Shown here: in pieces, positions 8,999 to 18,553 of the stretch
Layout: each line of letters begins with the position of its first letter
Numbering within the stretch: the stretch's first letter is position 1
IMG/VR virus record: IMGVR_UViG_3300023174_000033
Location: 400,606 to 464,605 of that record
Strand: one strand, 5' to 3'
Length of the DNA: 64,000 bases
The notes under the pieces: generated by a model
Seen by the model: the letters and a program-made list of their open reading frames with translations, nothing else
What the model was told of the DNA's origin: nothing
The model's database searches: none
Program-made: the position numbers and the translations under genes

Positions 8999-9343
8999 GT
9001 GTATAACAAATTAATAATTGCGCTGATTCTTCTAACAATTGGTCAAATTCTAGCTTATTTCCAACTACAAGGTCAGTTCATGTCAAATTGGTTTAAAAAC
9101 AATCCTTTAATGGTTAGTTTATTGGGATTTCCAATTTCTTACATTTTAATAAAATCAACTCAATATTGTGCTGAAAGTTTCAATGGTCAAGTATGGCCTG
9201 GTAGACTAATTGGGTTTTCAATTGGAGCAATAGTTTTTGCTTTACTTTCTAAATTTCTCATGAATGAGGAATTAAATACAAAAACTGTGGTTTGTTTAGG
9301 ACTCGCATCCCTAATTTTAATTATTCAGTTTTTTTGGAAATGA
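8999..9343 (+). CDS. Small multi-pass membrane protein (DMT/EamA-like)
   Basis: Four hydrophobic segments in 114 aa. Confidence 0.75.
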   Translation: MYNKLIIALILLTIGQILAYFQLQGQFMSNWFKNNPLMVSLLGFPISYILIKSTQYCAESFNGQVWPGRLIGFSIGAIVFALLSKFLMNEELNTKTVVCLGLASLILIIQFFWK

Positions 9344-9571
9344 TTAAATAACTTCCCAAAGTTCCTTTGTGTCCATATTTAATTTGGACATATCATTATT
9401 CAAAAGTTTTAAAAGGTTTTCCATTTTTGATTCAAATAAAGGATATTCTTTATCCTTTACAATTTTTGAGAATCTACCATCATGTTGGATACCATCAAAT
9501 GGAAAATGAAATTCACCTTTCAAAAAAAATATTTGTGTACAAAGCTTCTCGAATTTTTCTATTTGATTCAT
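9344..9571 (-). CDS. Hypothetical protein
   Basis: Start reassigned to MNQIEKF (9571), 4 nt after TATCTTTG at 9583-9576. Confidence 0.7.
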   Translation of the reverse strand: MNQIEKFEKLCTQIFFLKGEFHFPFDGIQHDGRFSKIVKDKEYPLFESKMENLLKLLNNDMSKLNMDTKELWEVI

Positions 9572-9575
9572 AATA

Positions 9576-9583
9576 CAAAGATA
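9576..9583 (-). promoter_or_regulatory. Bacteroidetes -7 element (TATCTTTG)
   Basis: 4 nt upstream of ATG 9571. Confidence 0.65.
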
Positions 9584-9586
9584 CAA

Positions 9587-10417
9587 TTATAAATCTGAAA
9601 TTACAATAGTTTTTACAACTTTTATTCCAACGTCTCCAGGCAGTATTGTAATCACTAAAATTTCATTGTTATTGTTTTTCATAATACCATCTACATCAAT
9701 CACAATAATAATAGAAACATTATACTCTTCAAAATAAAATGAATATCTACCAGATACTAAAATTTCCTTTCCAATCATTGATGGGAATATCTTATCTAAA
9801 AACCTTTTGAATATCCCATTGAAATGTTTTATTGATTGAAATGAACTTCTTTCAGCAATTCTTTTAGTTAAGTCATGTTCTGATGTATTATACCACTTTA
9901 CTTTGAATAATAACTTTTTACCATTCCACCTTTGTTTACAAGTATGCTGACTTACAAGTTTAACATCTGGTTCAGCTGGTGGTGGATTTAATTCTTTTGG
10001 TAGGTCTTTTATTAGATCAGCTAGTCTTGCTTCATTAACTTCAAGTGTGTCACTTAACATTTGTTTAACACCGTCCAACCCATCACACTTATAATAATAA
10101 CTATCAAATGTATTTTGATTGTAATCTTCAATAAAATACCAATCGTCATCATAGTGGAAAATGAAAATGACTTGATCTTTATTTATTGAAGTGTGGTAAT
10201 ATTCACTTGTGTTTGTTTGATAAATTTGTACTTTTGGCCAGTCTGGTGTTTTGTTGGATGGATCAAATATTTTTTTGAACAATCTTTCCAATCTTAATCT
10301 TTCTGATTCATTTACCCCATCATATTTAATTTTTGATGTTATATCACTGAATTTTCCCCTAGTAATTTTCTCATATTCACCACTACCAAATACATCAAAA
10401 CTTTCCAAATATTTCAT
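9587..10417 (-). CDS. MKYL-tag protein: YxCD-family domain plus a second, possibly RNase-fold, domain
   Basis: MKYLESFD start, DWYF...YYKCDGLDGV motif, C-terminal module EHDLTKRIAERS...ILVITIL. AATATATA at 10430-10423. Confidence 0.8.
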   Translation of the reverse strand: MKYLESFDVFGSGEYEKITRGKFSDITSKIKYDGVNESERLRLERLFKKIFDPSNKTPDWPKVQIYQTNTSEYYHTSINKDQVIFIFHYDDDWYFIEDYNQNTFDSYYYKCDGLDGVKQMLSDTLEVNEARLADLIKDLPKELNPPPAEPDVKLVSQHTCKQRWNGKKLLFKVKWYNTSEHDLTKRIAERSSFQSIKHFNGIFKRFLDKIFPSMIGKEILVSGRYSFYFEEYNVSIIIVIDVDGIMKNNNNEILVITILPGDVGIKVVKTIVISDL

Positions 10418-10430
10418 CAGTTTATATATT

Positions 10431-10461
10431 AAAAAAACCCTCTGATTTCTCAGAGGGTTTT
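10431..10461. terminator. Bidirectional intrinsic terminator
   Basis: AAAACCCTCTGA-N4-TCAGAGGGTTTT. Confidence 0.8.
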
Positions 10462-10463
10462 GA

Positions 10464-10976
10464 TTATTTATATCCTATTCCAAAGGCGACGACTTTGTCT
10501 TTTATAGATATTTGTTCTTGTTTGGAAAAATCCCATTCAATAACATAAGTGCCACTCTTACTAGCCAAAAAATCAAAGGTCTTTTTATTCTTGTCACCTT
10601 TGTTTGATAAGAATAGTTTTCCATCGGCATCATATAAATTTATAGTCACAGGATGGGTGAACCCTGTTGATAAATCAACAATTCTGTATGGCTCATTTGA
10701 ATAAAGATCAAATGTAGCTTTTACAATAGCTTTATCCTTAAATTTACTATAGTCCTGTGATACAGAAGATTCATACTTATACTCACCTAACTTTTTTATA
10801 CAATCATATTTTATAGTTCTACCACCATCAATTTGGTAAAAATCCATAAAAGAAGCAGAAATCTGAAATTCCTGATTCACAACATTCTCAAATTTGGGAT
10901 CACTTACCCTAAACTGACTGTAGATGGATGTAACAATTAGAGTCACCAAGGCCATCAAAAACGAATTGTTTTTCAT
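10464..10976 (-). CDS. Putative secreted protein
   Basis: Signal peptide ending SIYS|QF. Confidence 0.8.
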   Translation of the reverse strand: MKNNSFLMALVTLIVTSIYSQFRVSDPKFENVVNQEFQISASFMDFYQIDGGRTIKYDCIKKLGEYKYESSVSQDYSKFKDKAIVKATFDLYSNEPYRIVDLSTGFTHPVTINLYDADGKLFLSNKGDKNKKTFDFLASKSGTYVIEWDFSKQEQISIKDKVVAFGIGYK

Positions 10977-11109
10977 AACTTTAATTTTCTTTTTAGTCCA
11001 ATAAATAATATGGGATATACTATATATTTTAGCTATGCGTCGGTAAAAAATCTACCCTCCACTAATTTTTAAAATTAGCAATATGAGTAAAAAAATAAAT
11101 TAAAATAAA

Positions 11110-11550
11110 CTAAAAATTTTCCTTTAAACACTCCTCAACACCTTCGATAGTATCACAAACCCACATTCTTGAATTTACATTTCTTGAACCAGGTGTCTCT
11201 GGTATAAAACATTCAATCAACCATATATCATCTTCCAGTTTTTGAATAACCAGATCGCATTTAAAAGGTATATCTAAATCAAAAACATATTCCCTTCTGT
11301 AATCAGTTAAACCTTCTCTATGAGTCATTTCATACTTTTGTTTATCTACATGAGCTAATGGAAATCCTTTGGATCTAATATACTCCTCTACAAATCTATC
11401 TAAATTTTTATCTTCTTTTGGTGTTATATCATCTTGGTGACCCCAATATTCTAATTGTTCATAACTATGGGCAGTTAATCTATTATAGATCTTTCCTTCT
11501 AATTTATCATATGCTGATAGATTTTCATTAAATCTTTTTAAGTATTTCAT
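11110..11550 (-). CDS. MKYLK-tag, YxCD-family protein
   Basis: MKYLKRFNE...DIWLIE...WVCDTIEGVEECL. Confidence 0.85.
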   Translation of the reverse strand: MKYLKRFNENLSAYDKLEGKIYNRLTAHSYEQLEYWGHQDDITPKEDKNLDRFVEEYIRSKGFPLAHVDKQKYEMTHREGLTDYRREYVFDLDIPFKCDLVIQKLEDDIWLIECFIPETPGSRNVNSRMWVCDTIEGVEECLKENF

Positions 11551-11984
11551 AACCACTTATCAAGTAATATTTTAAGTGAATCAAATTCATCACATTCATA
11601 GTATTCAGAAAATCCATCAATTGTAGTTTCTTCATCAAAAATATCATCACCTTGAAATATACGAACATAATACCAATCATCCTTATTTTTGTAACAATCA
11701 AAACAAATTAAATTAGCATTTCCACCATTTGAATACATATAAATAACAAAATTATCTGGAAGTTCTTTTTTATCCGAAGTGAATCTGTTGTAGATAAAAC
11801 TAGAACGATTATTATATTCCACATCTTCTATTTTTCTACTCTTATCAAATACAGATTCTAAATATAAAAGTTCTTTTTCAGTAAAATAATCTCTTGTCTT
11901 TTTTTCTGGATAAAAATCTTCATAGGAAATATTTTTAGGTTCAGCAGGTCCAAACATATTTTCAAATAACTTTAGATATTTCAT
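11547..11984 (-). CDS. MKYLK-tag, YxCD-family protein
   Basis: MKYLKLFENMFGPAEPK...DWYYV...YYECDEFDSL. Confidence 0.85.
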   Translation of the reverse strand: MKYLKLFENMFGPAEPKNISYEDFYPEKKTRDYFTEKELLYLESVFDKSRKIEDVEYNNRSSFIYNRFTSDKKELPDNFVIYMYSNGGNANLICFDCYKNKDDWYYVRIFQGDDIFDEETTIDGFSEYYECDEFDSLKILLDKWL

Positions 11985-12430
11985 TTAAGTTTAGCTTCTT
12001 TTTTTAAAAGATTTAATAAACAATCAAACCCATCACATTCATAATATTCTTCATAACCTTCAAAATATCCTTCATCACTATCCCAATTATCTTGATAAAA
12101 ACTTACTAAAAACCATTCATCTTTACATTTTTGGACATGAACTTCAAATGGATATGGATTGCCTTCATCATAAGTTGGTAGATAAAAAGTTAAATAAGTA
12201 AGACCAATTCTGTAATAATCAACTTTTTCACTTAATCCAAGATTATCCCATTCTTCTTCTTCCATATGGCAACGGTCACTATCTTCCATTAAATTAACAA
12301 GGGTTTCCATTTCAGATTTACTGAAAAACTCCTTACCCAAAGATTTTAAAAGTCTTGACCATTCACTATTGGTGATTTTTTTTGGTTCAGCAGCTCCAAA
12401 TATGCTTTCAAATCTTTTTAAGTATTTCAT
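11981..12430 (-). CDS. MKYLK-tag, YxCD-family protein
   Basis: MKYLKRFESIFGAAEPK...EWFLV...YYECDGFDCL. Confidence 0.85.
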   Translation of the reverse strand: MKYLKRFESIFGAAEPKKITNSEWSRLLKSLGKEFFSKSEMETLVNLMEDSDRCHMEEEEWDNLGLSEKVDYYRIGLTYLTFYLPTYDEGNPYPFEVHVQKCKDEWFLVSFYQDNWDSDEGYFEGYEEYYECDGFDCLLNLLKKEAKLK

Positions 12431-12864
12431 AGGTTTAAAAGTTCTTCTAATTTTTCTATTAAGTCTTCAAATGTGCTACATTCGAACTTTCTAACAACCT
12501 CATCACCACCTTTTTCATCAAATTCAGCATAACCCAAATAAAACCAATCAGGATCATCCACCTTATCCCTTTTTGAAATTTCAATTGCTTTTACAATATA
12601 TTTCCCCCTTGGGTAGTTACTGGTTTTCTCTACTTTTCTAAAATCATTAATAGTATAATGGGTCTTATCATAATTTAATTCCAATAACCTATCATATTCT
12701 AAACTCAATTCATACCTTCTTATAAAATCAGACATCTGTTCTATTTCAGAAGTGGTGAATTCTGATAAAGTAACTGACCTTGAATTCACCCTTCTCCACC
12801 AATCATCGAAGTCGAGTTCAGTTGAACCAGAATAAAAGTTTTCAAATCTTTTTAAGTATTTCAT
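12427..12864 (-). CDS. MKYLK-tag, YxCD-family protein
   Basis: MKYLKRFENF...DWFYL...FECSTFEDL. Confidence 0.85.
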   Translation of the reverse strand: MKYLKRFENFYSGSTELDFDDWWRRVNSRSVTLSEFTTSEIEQMSDFIRRYELSLEYDRLLELNYDKTHYTINDFRKVEKTSNYPRGKYIVKAIEISKRDKVDDPDWFYLGYAEFDEKGGDEVVRKFECSTFEDLIEKLEELLNL

Positions 12865-12867
12865 AGT

Positions 12868-13293
12868 TTATTGTATTTTTAATAAGTTCAAAACAGAATC
12901 AAACCCATCACATTCATAATATTCTTCATACTCATAGTAAACTTCCCCTTCTTCATCTTGATACTCATCTTGATAAAAACTAACCATAAACCATTCATCT
13001 GGACACTTTTGTATATGAACCTCTATTGGTAGAGGATTAACATCACCACCTCCAATATAATAAGTTAGATAAGTAAGACCAATAACAAAATTATCTAACT
13101 TTTCACTCCAACCAAGATTATCCCATACTACTTGTTCTCGACCACTACTTTCCATTAAGTCAATCAAAGTTTTATGCTCTGATTTGGTAAAGAAATCTTT
13201 TCCAGATTTAATTTTAATTGACCATTGACGTTCACTTATCTGTTTAGCTTCAGCAGGTCCAAACATAGATTCAAATAATTTCAGATATTTCAT
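12868..13293 (-). CDS. MKYLK-tag, YxCD-family protein (close paralog of 11981..12430)
   Basis: Start reassigned to MKYLKLFES at 13293. AATATATA at 13305-13298. Confidence 0.85.
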   Translation of the reverse strand: MKYLKLFESMFGPAEAKQISERQWSIKIKSGKDFFTKSEHKTLIDLMESSGREQVVWDNLGWSEKLDNFVIGLTYLTYYIGGGDVNPLPIEVHIQKCPDEWFMVSFYQDEYQDEEGEVYYEYEEYYECDGFDSVLNLLKIQ

Positions 13294-13357
13294 TAAGTAT
13301 ATATTAAAATTTTTTATATTTTGCAAAACATTAGAAATAACAAGAATATAAGGTGAT

Positions 13358-13660
13358 ATGTTAAATTTTTATATTTTTTTCGTTTGTTTGATTGTATCGA
13401 GTAGTATCTATTCCCTAAAGGATTGGAGAATATACCATTACGCTTATATCAATTTAAAGTTTTATAAGTTTGAAAATTTATTCAAAATGAAAATTGCCAA
13501 TGATGGTGCAAAAAATGAATTTATAGTTTTTTCCGATTTTAACTATAAAATCAATTATGAAACCTATCTTCAATTTGATATTTGGACTTTATTAGATTTT
13601 CACAAACTCTATTGGATTTTTAAATTCAGATCCAGAGCTAAAGACATGGGATTAGTATGA
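13358..13660 (+). CDS. Hypothetical membrane-anchored protein
   Basis: N-terminal hydrophobic segment. ATGA overlap with the next gene. Confidence 0.65.
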   Translation: MLNFYIFFVCLIVSSSIYSLKDWRIYHYAYINLKFYKFENLFKMKIANDGAKNEFIVFSDFNYKINYETYLQFDIWTLLDFHKLYWIFKFRSRAKDMGLV

Positions 13661-13983
13661 TTAATGCAGTAAGTATAATTAACTTTCTACTATTCATTTG
13701 GTTTAATACAGATGCATTCACTGTATATTTTAAACATCTTGCCTTCTTAAAAATCAAAGAATATAAAGATTACATTAAAATAAACCCAAGGATAAACTAT
13801 CCAAATTGGATTTTTCTACAAACCCCAAACTTTTTGACAAAGCTTCTCAGTTGTAAACCGTGTCTTTGTTTCTTTTTTTGTTTATTCAGTCATATTTATT
13901 TTAATTACGATTTTTTTGGGTTCATTCAAACTTATTTAATCTCATATATAAGTTATAGAACCCTTGATAAATATGTCTATTAG
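13657..13983 (+). CDS. Membrane protein with CxxC (DUF1360-like)
   Basis: KLLSCKPCLCFF flanked by hydrophobic segments. Confidence 0.65.
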   Translation: MINAVSIINFLLFIWFNTDAFTVYFKHLAFLKIKEYKDYIKINPRINYPNWIFLQTPNFLTKLLSCKPCLCFFFCLFSHIYFNYDFFGFIQTYLISYISYRTLDKYVY

Positions 13984-14275
13984 TGCTAAAATAACTAGAA
14001 CTCTGATAATTGATACCCCAAATAAACTTTATCAGATTCTAGACGAACATAAAGATTTGGTTGAAAAATCAATAGAATTGAAAGTTTTCATGGACCAAAT
14101 GAATCTATCAATTCAAGGTTGTGATTGTGATTCATTTGAATATGTAGGTGGTGCGATAAGTATTTATCTTGATTTGGGTAAAATAAAAGAGGAAGATAAA
14201 GTTCTTCTAAAATATAAAATCGGTTGTGATAAAATAATTTTCAAAATGAAAGATCAAATTTTATTTGAATATTAA
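13970..14275 (+). CDS. Hypothetical protein
   Basis: Track ORF 13964..14275, start uncertain. Contains GCDCD. Confidence 0.65.
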   Translation, partial: NMSISAKITRTLIIDTPNKLYQILDEHKDLVEKSIELKVFMDQMNLSIQGCDCDSFEYVGGAISIYLDLGKIKEEDKVLLKYKIGCDKIIFKMKDQILFEY

Positions 14276-14303
14276 AAAAAAAATTATTACCTTTGTGAAA
14301 GAT

Positions 14304-14534
14304 ATGACAAACACGGAATTAGCAAGACACATTTACTTCTACTCAAAGAGTTGTAAATCTGAACTACCATCTGGCCAGACTTGGAGTGATCATGATGATA
14401 AACTGGCAATTAATTACATAGCGAATCTTATGGAACTGCATTTTGAACCACAAAATCATCTCGGTTCAAAAGGGTTTGAGTCCATACCTACTAGAAATAA
14501 TAATAATGAAAATTCTCCTATCTTCGGTTGTTAA
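14304..14534 (+). CDS. Hypothetical protein
   Basis: Start reassigned to MTNTELARH, 8 nt after TACCTTTG at 14288-14295. Confidence 0.6.
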   Translation: MTNTELARHIYFYSKSCKSELPSGQTWSDHDDKLAINYIANLMELHFEPQNHLGSKGFESIPTRNNNNENSPIFGC

Positions 14535-14548
14535 AAAAAAATACTATT

Positions 14549-14761
14549 ATGTCAGATAAACTAAAGTACTCTCTTAATTCTTACGCAGTTTGGTGTCTTG
14601 TTGGTTACCTCCTTATGGCTTTTTTCAATTGGGATTTTAATGCCGGAAATTGGCCAGTTGGTTTTAGGTTCGTTTATATCTTATTTGGACCAGTATTAGG
14701 TGTTTTTATCGGAATTATTATATTCCTCTGGGATAAATTTGAAGAAGAATTCTCTAAATAA
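14549..14761 (+). CDS. Small two-TM membrane protein
   Basis: MSDKLK start, two hydrophobic helices. Confidence 0.65.
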   Translation: MSDKLKYSLNSYAVWCLVGYLLMAFFNWDFNAGNWPVGFRFVYILFGPVLGVFIGIIIFLWDKFEEEFSK

Positions 14762-15469
14762 TAAAACACTCTCCTTTAGTAACTTAACAAATTTGGTTTG
14801 GAAGTCTTTAGCGTCTTGCTTGTATCCTGACTTTGTTTCATCTTTAACATCATCAGTCCACTGATAAGACCAAAATAATTGAGGTGGGGTTTTGAATCCA
14901 AAAAAATTCAAGACCTCTTTTTCATGTTTTACAGCTTCTGCGCCATTCCAGTTGTGTCCAACCGAAATAACTCCACATTCAATGTCCTTTAGTATATTTG
15001 ACTCTCCTAAAGTAGCATGTCTGTTTTCTAACCAAGTCAACCTTTCAATCAATTTGGAGTAAACAGCATTCATTTTGCCCCATCTAATTGACCCGAAGAA
15101 TATAACCGCATCGGATTCTAATAAATCATTGACAACTTTATATAATTCGTCGTCTTTGTGGTTATACGAAGCCCAACATCTATGTACACCGGTTTTATCT
15201 TTACCATTTTTCAGTAAAGCTCCTTTCAAACCACAATTATTCCCATCTTTATGACTTACATTACCCTCACACTCATAAATCTTCAATTTTGAAACGTCTA
15301 TTATAGTGACTTTATTTGGTCCTAACTTTTCTTGTAAAAGATAAGCTAATTGTGAAGATTTTGGAATATCATCACTGTGTCCATCCCACCGGTTTGAGGT
15401 CAATAAGAAAAGACATTTTTCTTTATCCTTTAAGTAATTGAGGGTTTTATTGAATTTTTCTTTAGACAT
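14696..15469 (-). CDS. NAD(P)H-dependent FMN reductase / iron-sulfur flavoprotein-like
   Basis: LTSNR P-loop-like start, CEGNVS...NC...HRCW, DAVIFFGSIRWG, GHNWNG: flavodoxin-like fold motifs. Confidence 0.7.
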   Translation of the reverse strand: MSKEKFNKTLNYLKDKEKCLFLLTSNRWDGHSDDIPKSSQLAYLLQEKLGPNKVTIIDVSKLKIYECEGNVSHKDGNNCGLKGALLKNGKDKTGVHRCWASYNHKDDELYKVVNDLLESDAVIFFGSIRWGKMNAVYSKLIERLTWLENRHATLGESNILKDIECGVISVGHNWNGAEAVKHEKEVLNFFGFKTPPQLFWSYQWTDDVKDETKSGYKQDAKDFQTKFVKLLKESVLLFREFFFKFIPEEYNNSDKNT

Positions 15470-15495
15470 ATATTGTATATATAAAGTATATTTTA

Positions 15496-15503
15496 TATCT
15501 TTG
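15496..15503 (+). promoter_or_regulatory. Bacteroidetes -7 element (TATCTTTG)
   Basis: 8 nt upstream of ATG 15512. Confidence 0.6.
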
Positions 15504-15511
15504 TATTAATT

Positions 15512-15703
15512 ATGGAATTGAGCATAGATCAGAAAATCGCCATCAACAAGTTGCTTCGTAAATACGATGGCACGAACACATTTATACTATCTTTACAAAA
15601 ACAACTAAAGTCAGCAAAAGCTCTTAAAGTTGAAGTAAATGGTAAAATGGTAAAAATTCTTTCAGACAAACAATACTTAACAGCAGAAACAATACTAAAA
15701 TAA
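15512..15703 (+). CDS. Small hypothetical protein
   Basis: YDGTNTFILSL...LSDKQ, with its own promoter. Confidence 0.7.
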   Translation: MELSIDQKIAINKLLRKYDGTNTFILSLQKQLKSAKALKVEVNGKMVKILSDKQYLTAETILK

Positions 15704-15704
15704 T

Positions 15705-16142
15705 ATGAATCAATTCAATCAAGATAATCTAATTTGTATTCACCTCAATATCTTTTCAACTTTTGATTTGATCGCAAGGATGTGTAAGGACAATAATTTG
15801 GAAGTTAATCCCAAGTATCTTTGGGACTTTAAAGTAAGTGGATATCATAAAGTGTGGTTGGATAAAAATTCCTATGAGTTAATTTTTTGGACCGAATCCT
15901 CAAATAAAAGACTCATTTGCTTGAATCAACAATACATTCAATATTTAAGGGATTTGAAATCACTAGTCCACATTAAAACTGAAAAACCACTTGATCAAGA
16001 ATATGAGACTAAACATCCTATGAAGTCTAAAAATGAAGTTAATCAAACAATAATTGATATTATATTGGATAAGATTTCTTCAAGTGGACTGGACTCATTG
16101 AGTGAACGCGAAAGAGAATTTCTAGATAAATATTCTGGTTAA
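15705..16142 (+). CDS. Hypothetical protein with C-terminal DUF6576-like helix pair
   Basis: Ends IDIILDKISSSGLDSLSEREREFL. Confidence 0.7.
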   Translation: MNQFNQDNLICIHLNIFSTFDLIARMCKDNNLEVNPKYLWDFKVSGYHKVWLDKNSYELIFWTESSNKRLICLNQQYIQYLRDLKSLVHIKTEKPLDQEYETKHPMKSKNEVNQTIIDIILDKISSSGLDSLSEREREFLDKYSG

Positions 16143-16342
16143 TTTTCCCTTTTATATTTGTTTTTATATTGCAAACTATTATAATATAAATATCTTTTTT
16201 TATTTTCTTGACCATTTGGTTTAACGACCCTTTTAAATTGGTCAAATTCCGTAGGACTAGGTTTGGATAAAACATCCATATAGTCCTTTTTTGTTTTACA
16301 AGAAATTAAAAATAAAAATAAAAATAAAAATACCCACCCCAT
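16139..16342 (-). CDS. Small lipoprotein
   Basis: MGWVFLFLFLFLISCK lipobox. AATATATA lies just upstream of ATG 16342. Confidence 0.6.
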   Translation of the reverse strand: MGWVFLFLFLFLISCKTKKDYMDVLSKPSPTEFDQFKRVVKPNGQENKKRYLYYNSLQYKNKYKREN

Positions 16343-16365
16343 ATAGGGTATATATTTTATAAAGA

Positions 16366-17064
16366 TCAAATATAATCTTCCTCTCTAGCGACCCTAGAAT
16401 CAATTGATTTTCTCAATGAAGAATAATCCACCCAACCATTATTATTAGAAACAAGAATATCGTGACAGAATAATTGGGGCCATGTTGCAAAGGATTTTCT
16501 TTGCTGCTGAATGTTGGTAACAAAATGTCTATCAATTTCCATAGGGAATGATTCATTATATAAATCCACCATTTCCCGCATCAATGTAGGACTGGGTGAG
16601 TAAGAATAAAGTCCCCATAAGTTTTTAGAACTAATCAAGTTAGGAGCAAAGTGTTGTCCATCAATTACACCATAACTCCACATTGAACAATCGTCAGTCA
16701 ATGGAATCCAACCCAAATAAAGTAAATCATAGTCCTCAGGTATTTGTTGTGAGAACACTGAGAATAGTTCTTGTATATTTTTGTGTGGTTTTACATCATC
16801 TTCTAAAATTAGGATTCTTTTGAAACCTCTTGATAACGCATCATTGTAAATCGAAAGGTGTGAAATTGAACAGGCAACGTAATTTTGTGTGGTGAAGTTA
16901 GAGTTGTCTAATTTTTTCCATAAATGGTTTATGACTTGACCATCACAAGCATCAAAAAATTCAAAATCGATTCCAACTTTACCCAATCTTTCTGTAATTA
17001 AGGACCTTCTATCTGAATTCCTTTTCAAAGAAAGAACGTAAATCTTATCAAAATATTCGTTCAT
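16366..17064 (-). CDS. Glycosyltransferase family 25
   Basis: IYVLSL...DRR, FFDACDG, ACSISH, ILEDD, LLYLG. Confidence 0.85.
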   Translation of the reverse strand: MNEYFDKIYVLSLKRNSDRRSLITERLGKVGIDFEFFDACDGQVINHLWKKLDNSNFTTQNYVACSISHLSIYNDALSRGFKRILILEDDVKPHKNIQELFSVFSQQIPEDYDLLYLGWIPLTDDCSMWSYGVIDGQHFAPNLISSKNLWGLYSYSPSPTLMREMVDLYNESFPMEIDRHFVTNIQQQRKSFATWPQLFCHDILVSNNNGWVDYSSLRKSIDSRVAREEDYI

Positions 17065-17116
17065 ATTATCATTTATATTATTAAACTATAAAATGTTAAG
17101 TGAGTATAACATTATT

Positions 17117-18157
17117 ATGAATATTGAACTACAATACTTAGAACTCCTTAAAGATATATTAGAAAATGGTTGTTCAAAAGGTGATAGAACTGGAACAGGA
17201 ACTATCTCAGTCTTTGGAAGACAAATCAGGCACAAAATGTCAGAAGGATTTCCACTTCTCACAACTAAAAAAATGTATTTCAAAGGGGTTATTACTGAAC
17301 TTCTGTGGTTTTTGCGCGGAGATACAAATATTAAATATCTTTTGGACAATGATTGTCATATCTGGGATGGTGATGCTTGGGCTAACTATTCCAAAAAAGT
17401 GATTGCAAACAATTTACAACTTATTCCTGCAACGGATTTACCCAAAACAAAAGAACAATTCATTGAAAAAATCAAAACTGATCAGGATTTCGCTAATACG
17501 TGGGGTGAATTGGGTAAAGTTTATGGACATGGTTGGCGTAATTGGAATGATAGTATTGACCAAATAGCAAACCTAATCAAAGATCTTAAGACAAATCCAG
17601 ACTCTCGTAGACTTATGGTATCCGCCTGGAATCCCTCAGATTTACCAAATCAAGTTTTACCACCTTGTCATTATGGGTTTCAAGTTTATACAAGGGAATT
17701 AAGCCTTCCTGAAAGAATGGAACTTTGGGAAAAACTTCCTAATAAAGATGTTATGGATTTTCCTATTGGCCAATTAACAGATGAACAATATCATAAAGTT
17801 TTAACAGATATTGGCGTACCTGAAAGATCTATATCTTTAATGTGGTCACAAAGATCGATTGATAGTTTGCTCGGCTTGCCGTTTAATATAGCTTCTTATG
17901 CCACACTATTAGAAATTTTAGCAAAAGAAGTTAATATGGTACCAGATGAACTTATTGGAAATCTTGGTGATTGTCACATTTATAGTAACCACATTGAACA
18001 AGTAAAAGAACAGATTTCAAGAACACCATATAAATTACCAACCCTAAAATTTGAAGTTACAAATCTACTTGAAAATTTAATGGATTGGAAACCATCAGAT
18101 TTTTCAATCTTAAATTATGAATCTCACCCAGCTATAAAAGCTCCTCTGAGTAACTAA
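17117..18157 (+). CDS. thyA: Thymidylate synthase
   Basis: DRTGTGT, FPLLTTKK, ELLWFLRG, DSRR, LPPCH, QRSID..LGLPFNIASY, HIYSNH. Likely start is MNIELQY. Confidence 0.95.
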   Translation: MNIELQYLELLKDILENGCSKGDRTGTGTISVFGRQIRHKMSEGFPLLTTKKMYFKGVITELLWFLRGDTNIKYLLDNDCHIWDGDAWANYSKKVIANNLQLIPATDLPKTKEQFIEKIKTDQDFANTWGELGKVYGHGWRNWNDSIDQIANLIKDLKTNPDSRRLMVSAWNPSDLPNQVLPPCHYGFQVYTRELSLPERMELWEKLPNKDVMDFPIGQLTDEQYHKVLTDIGVPERSISLMWSQRSIDSLLGLPFNIASYATLLEILAKEVNMVPDELIGNLGDCHIYSNHIEQVKEQISRTPYKLPTLKFEVTNLLENLMDWKPSDFSILNYESHPAIKAPLSN

Positions 18158-18159
18158 AA

Positions 18160-18189
18160 TAAAAAACCCACCAAATAGGTGGGTTTTTC
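18160..18189. terminator. Bidirectional intrinsic terminator
   Basis: AAAAACCCACC-AAATA-GGTGGGTTTTT between convergent genes. Confidence 0.8.
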
Positions 18190-18191
18190 CA

Positions 18192-18500
18192 TCATCCTTT
18201 CATTTCTGATATTTTATCATCAACCATTGAGTGAATTTCGTCCTCTTTCTTGTCTCTACAAGAATATTCTAACATATCAAATAGTCTGTCAGATTCGGCT
18301 TGTGTGATTTGACCATCATCAACCTTACTTACTAAATAATCATTTAGTACATCGGCGGTATTTCCGAAAAACTTTCCAATTTTTCTAAATATCTTATCTG
18401 CTGTTTTGGAACCGATTCCACCACCTTCTCCTTTGGAACTGTATCCGTGGAAAAGTTCCTCATTTTTTCCGAATTCTTCAAATCTAGCAATCTTACTCAT
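18192..18500 (-). CDS. Hypothetical protein with tag-like N-terminus
   Basis: MSKIARFEEF...NEE. AATATATA upstream. Confidence 0.75.
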   Translation of the reverse strand: MSKIARFEEFGKNEELFHGYSSKGEGGGIGSKTADKIFRKIGKFFGNTADVLNDYLVSKVDDGQITQAESDRLFDMLEYSCRDKKEDEIHSMVDDKISEMKG

Positions 18501-18553
18501 CTTTAAATACTTTAATTTATGTAATTGTATATATTAAATGTAAAAACTCTTTT

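Noticed and set aside
16300-16332. AAAATA hexamer run as a phase-variable tract
   Set aside because: It simply encodes the FLFLFL hydrophobic core of a lipoprotein signal, and changes would stay in frame.
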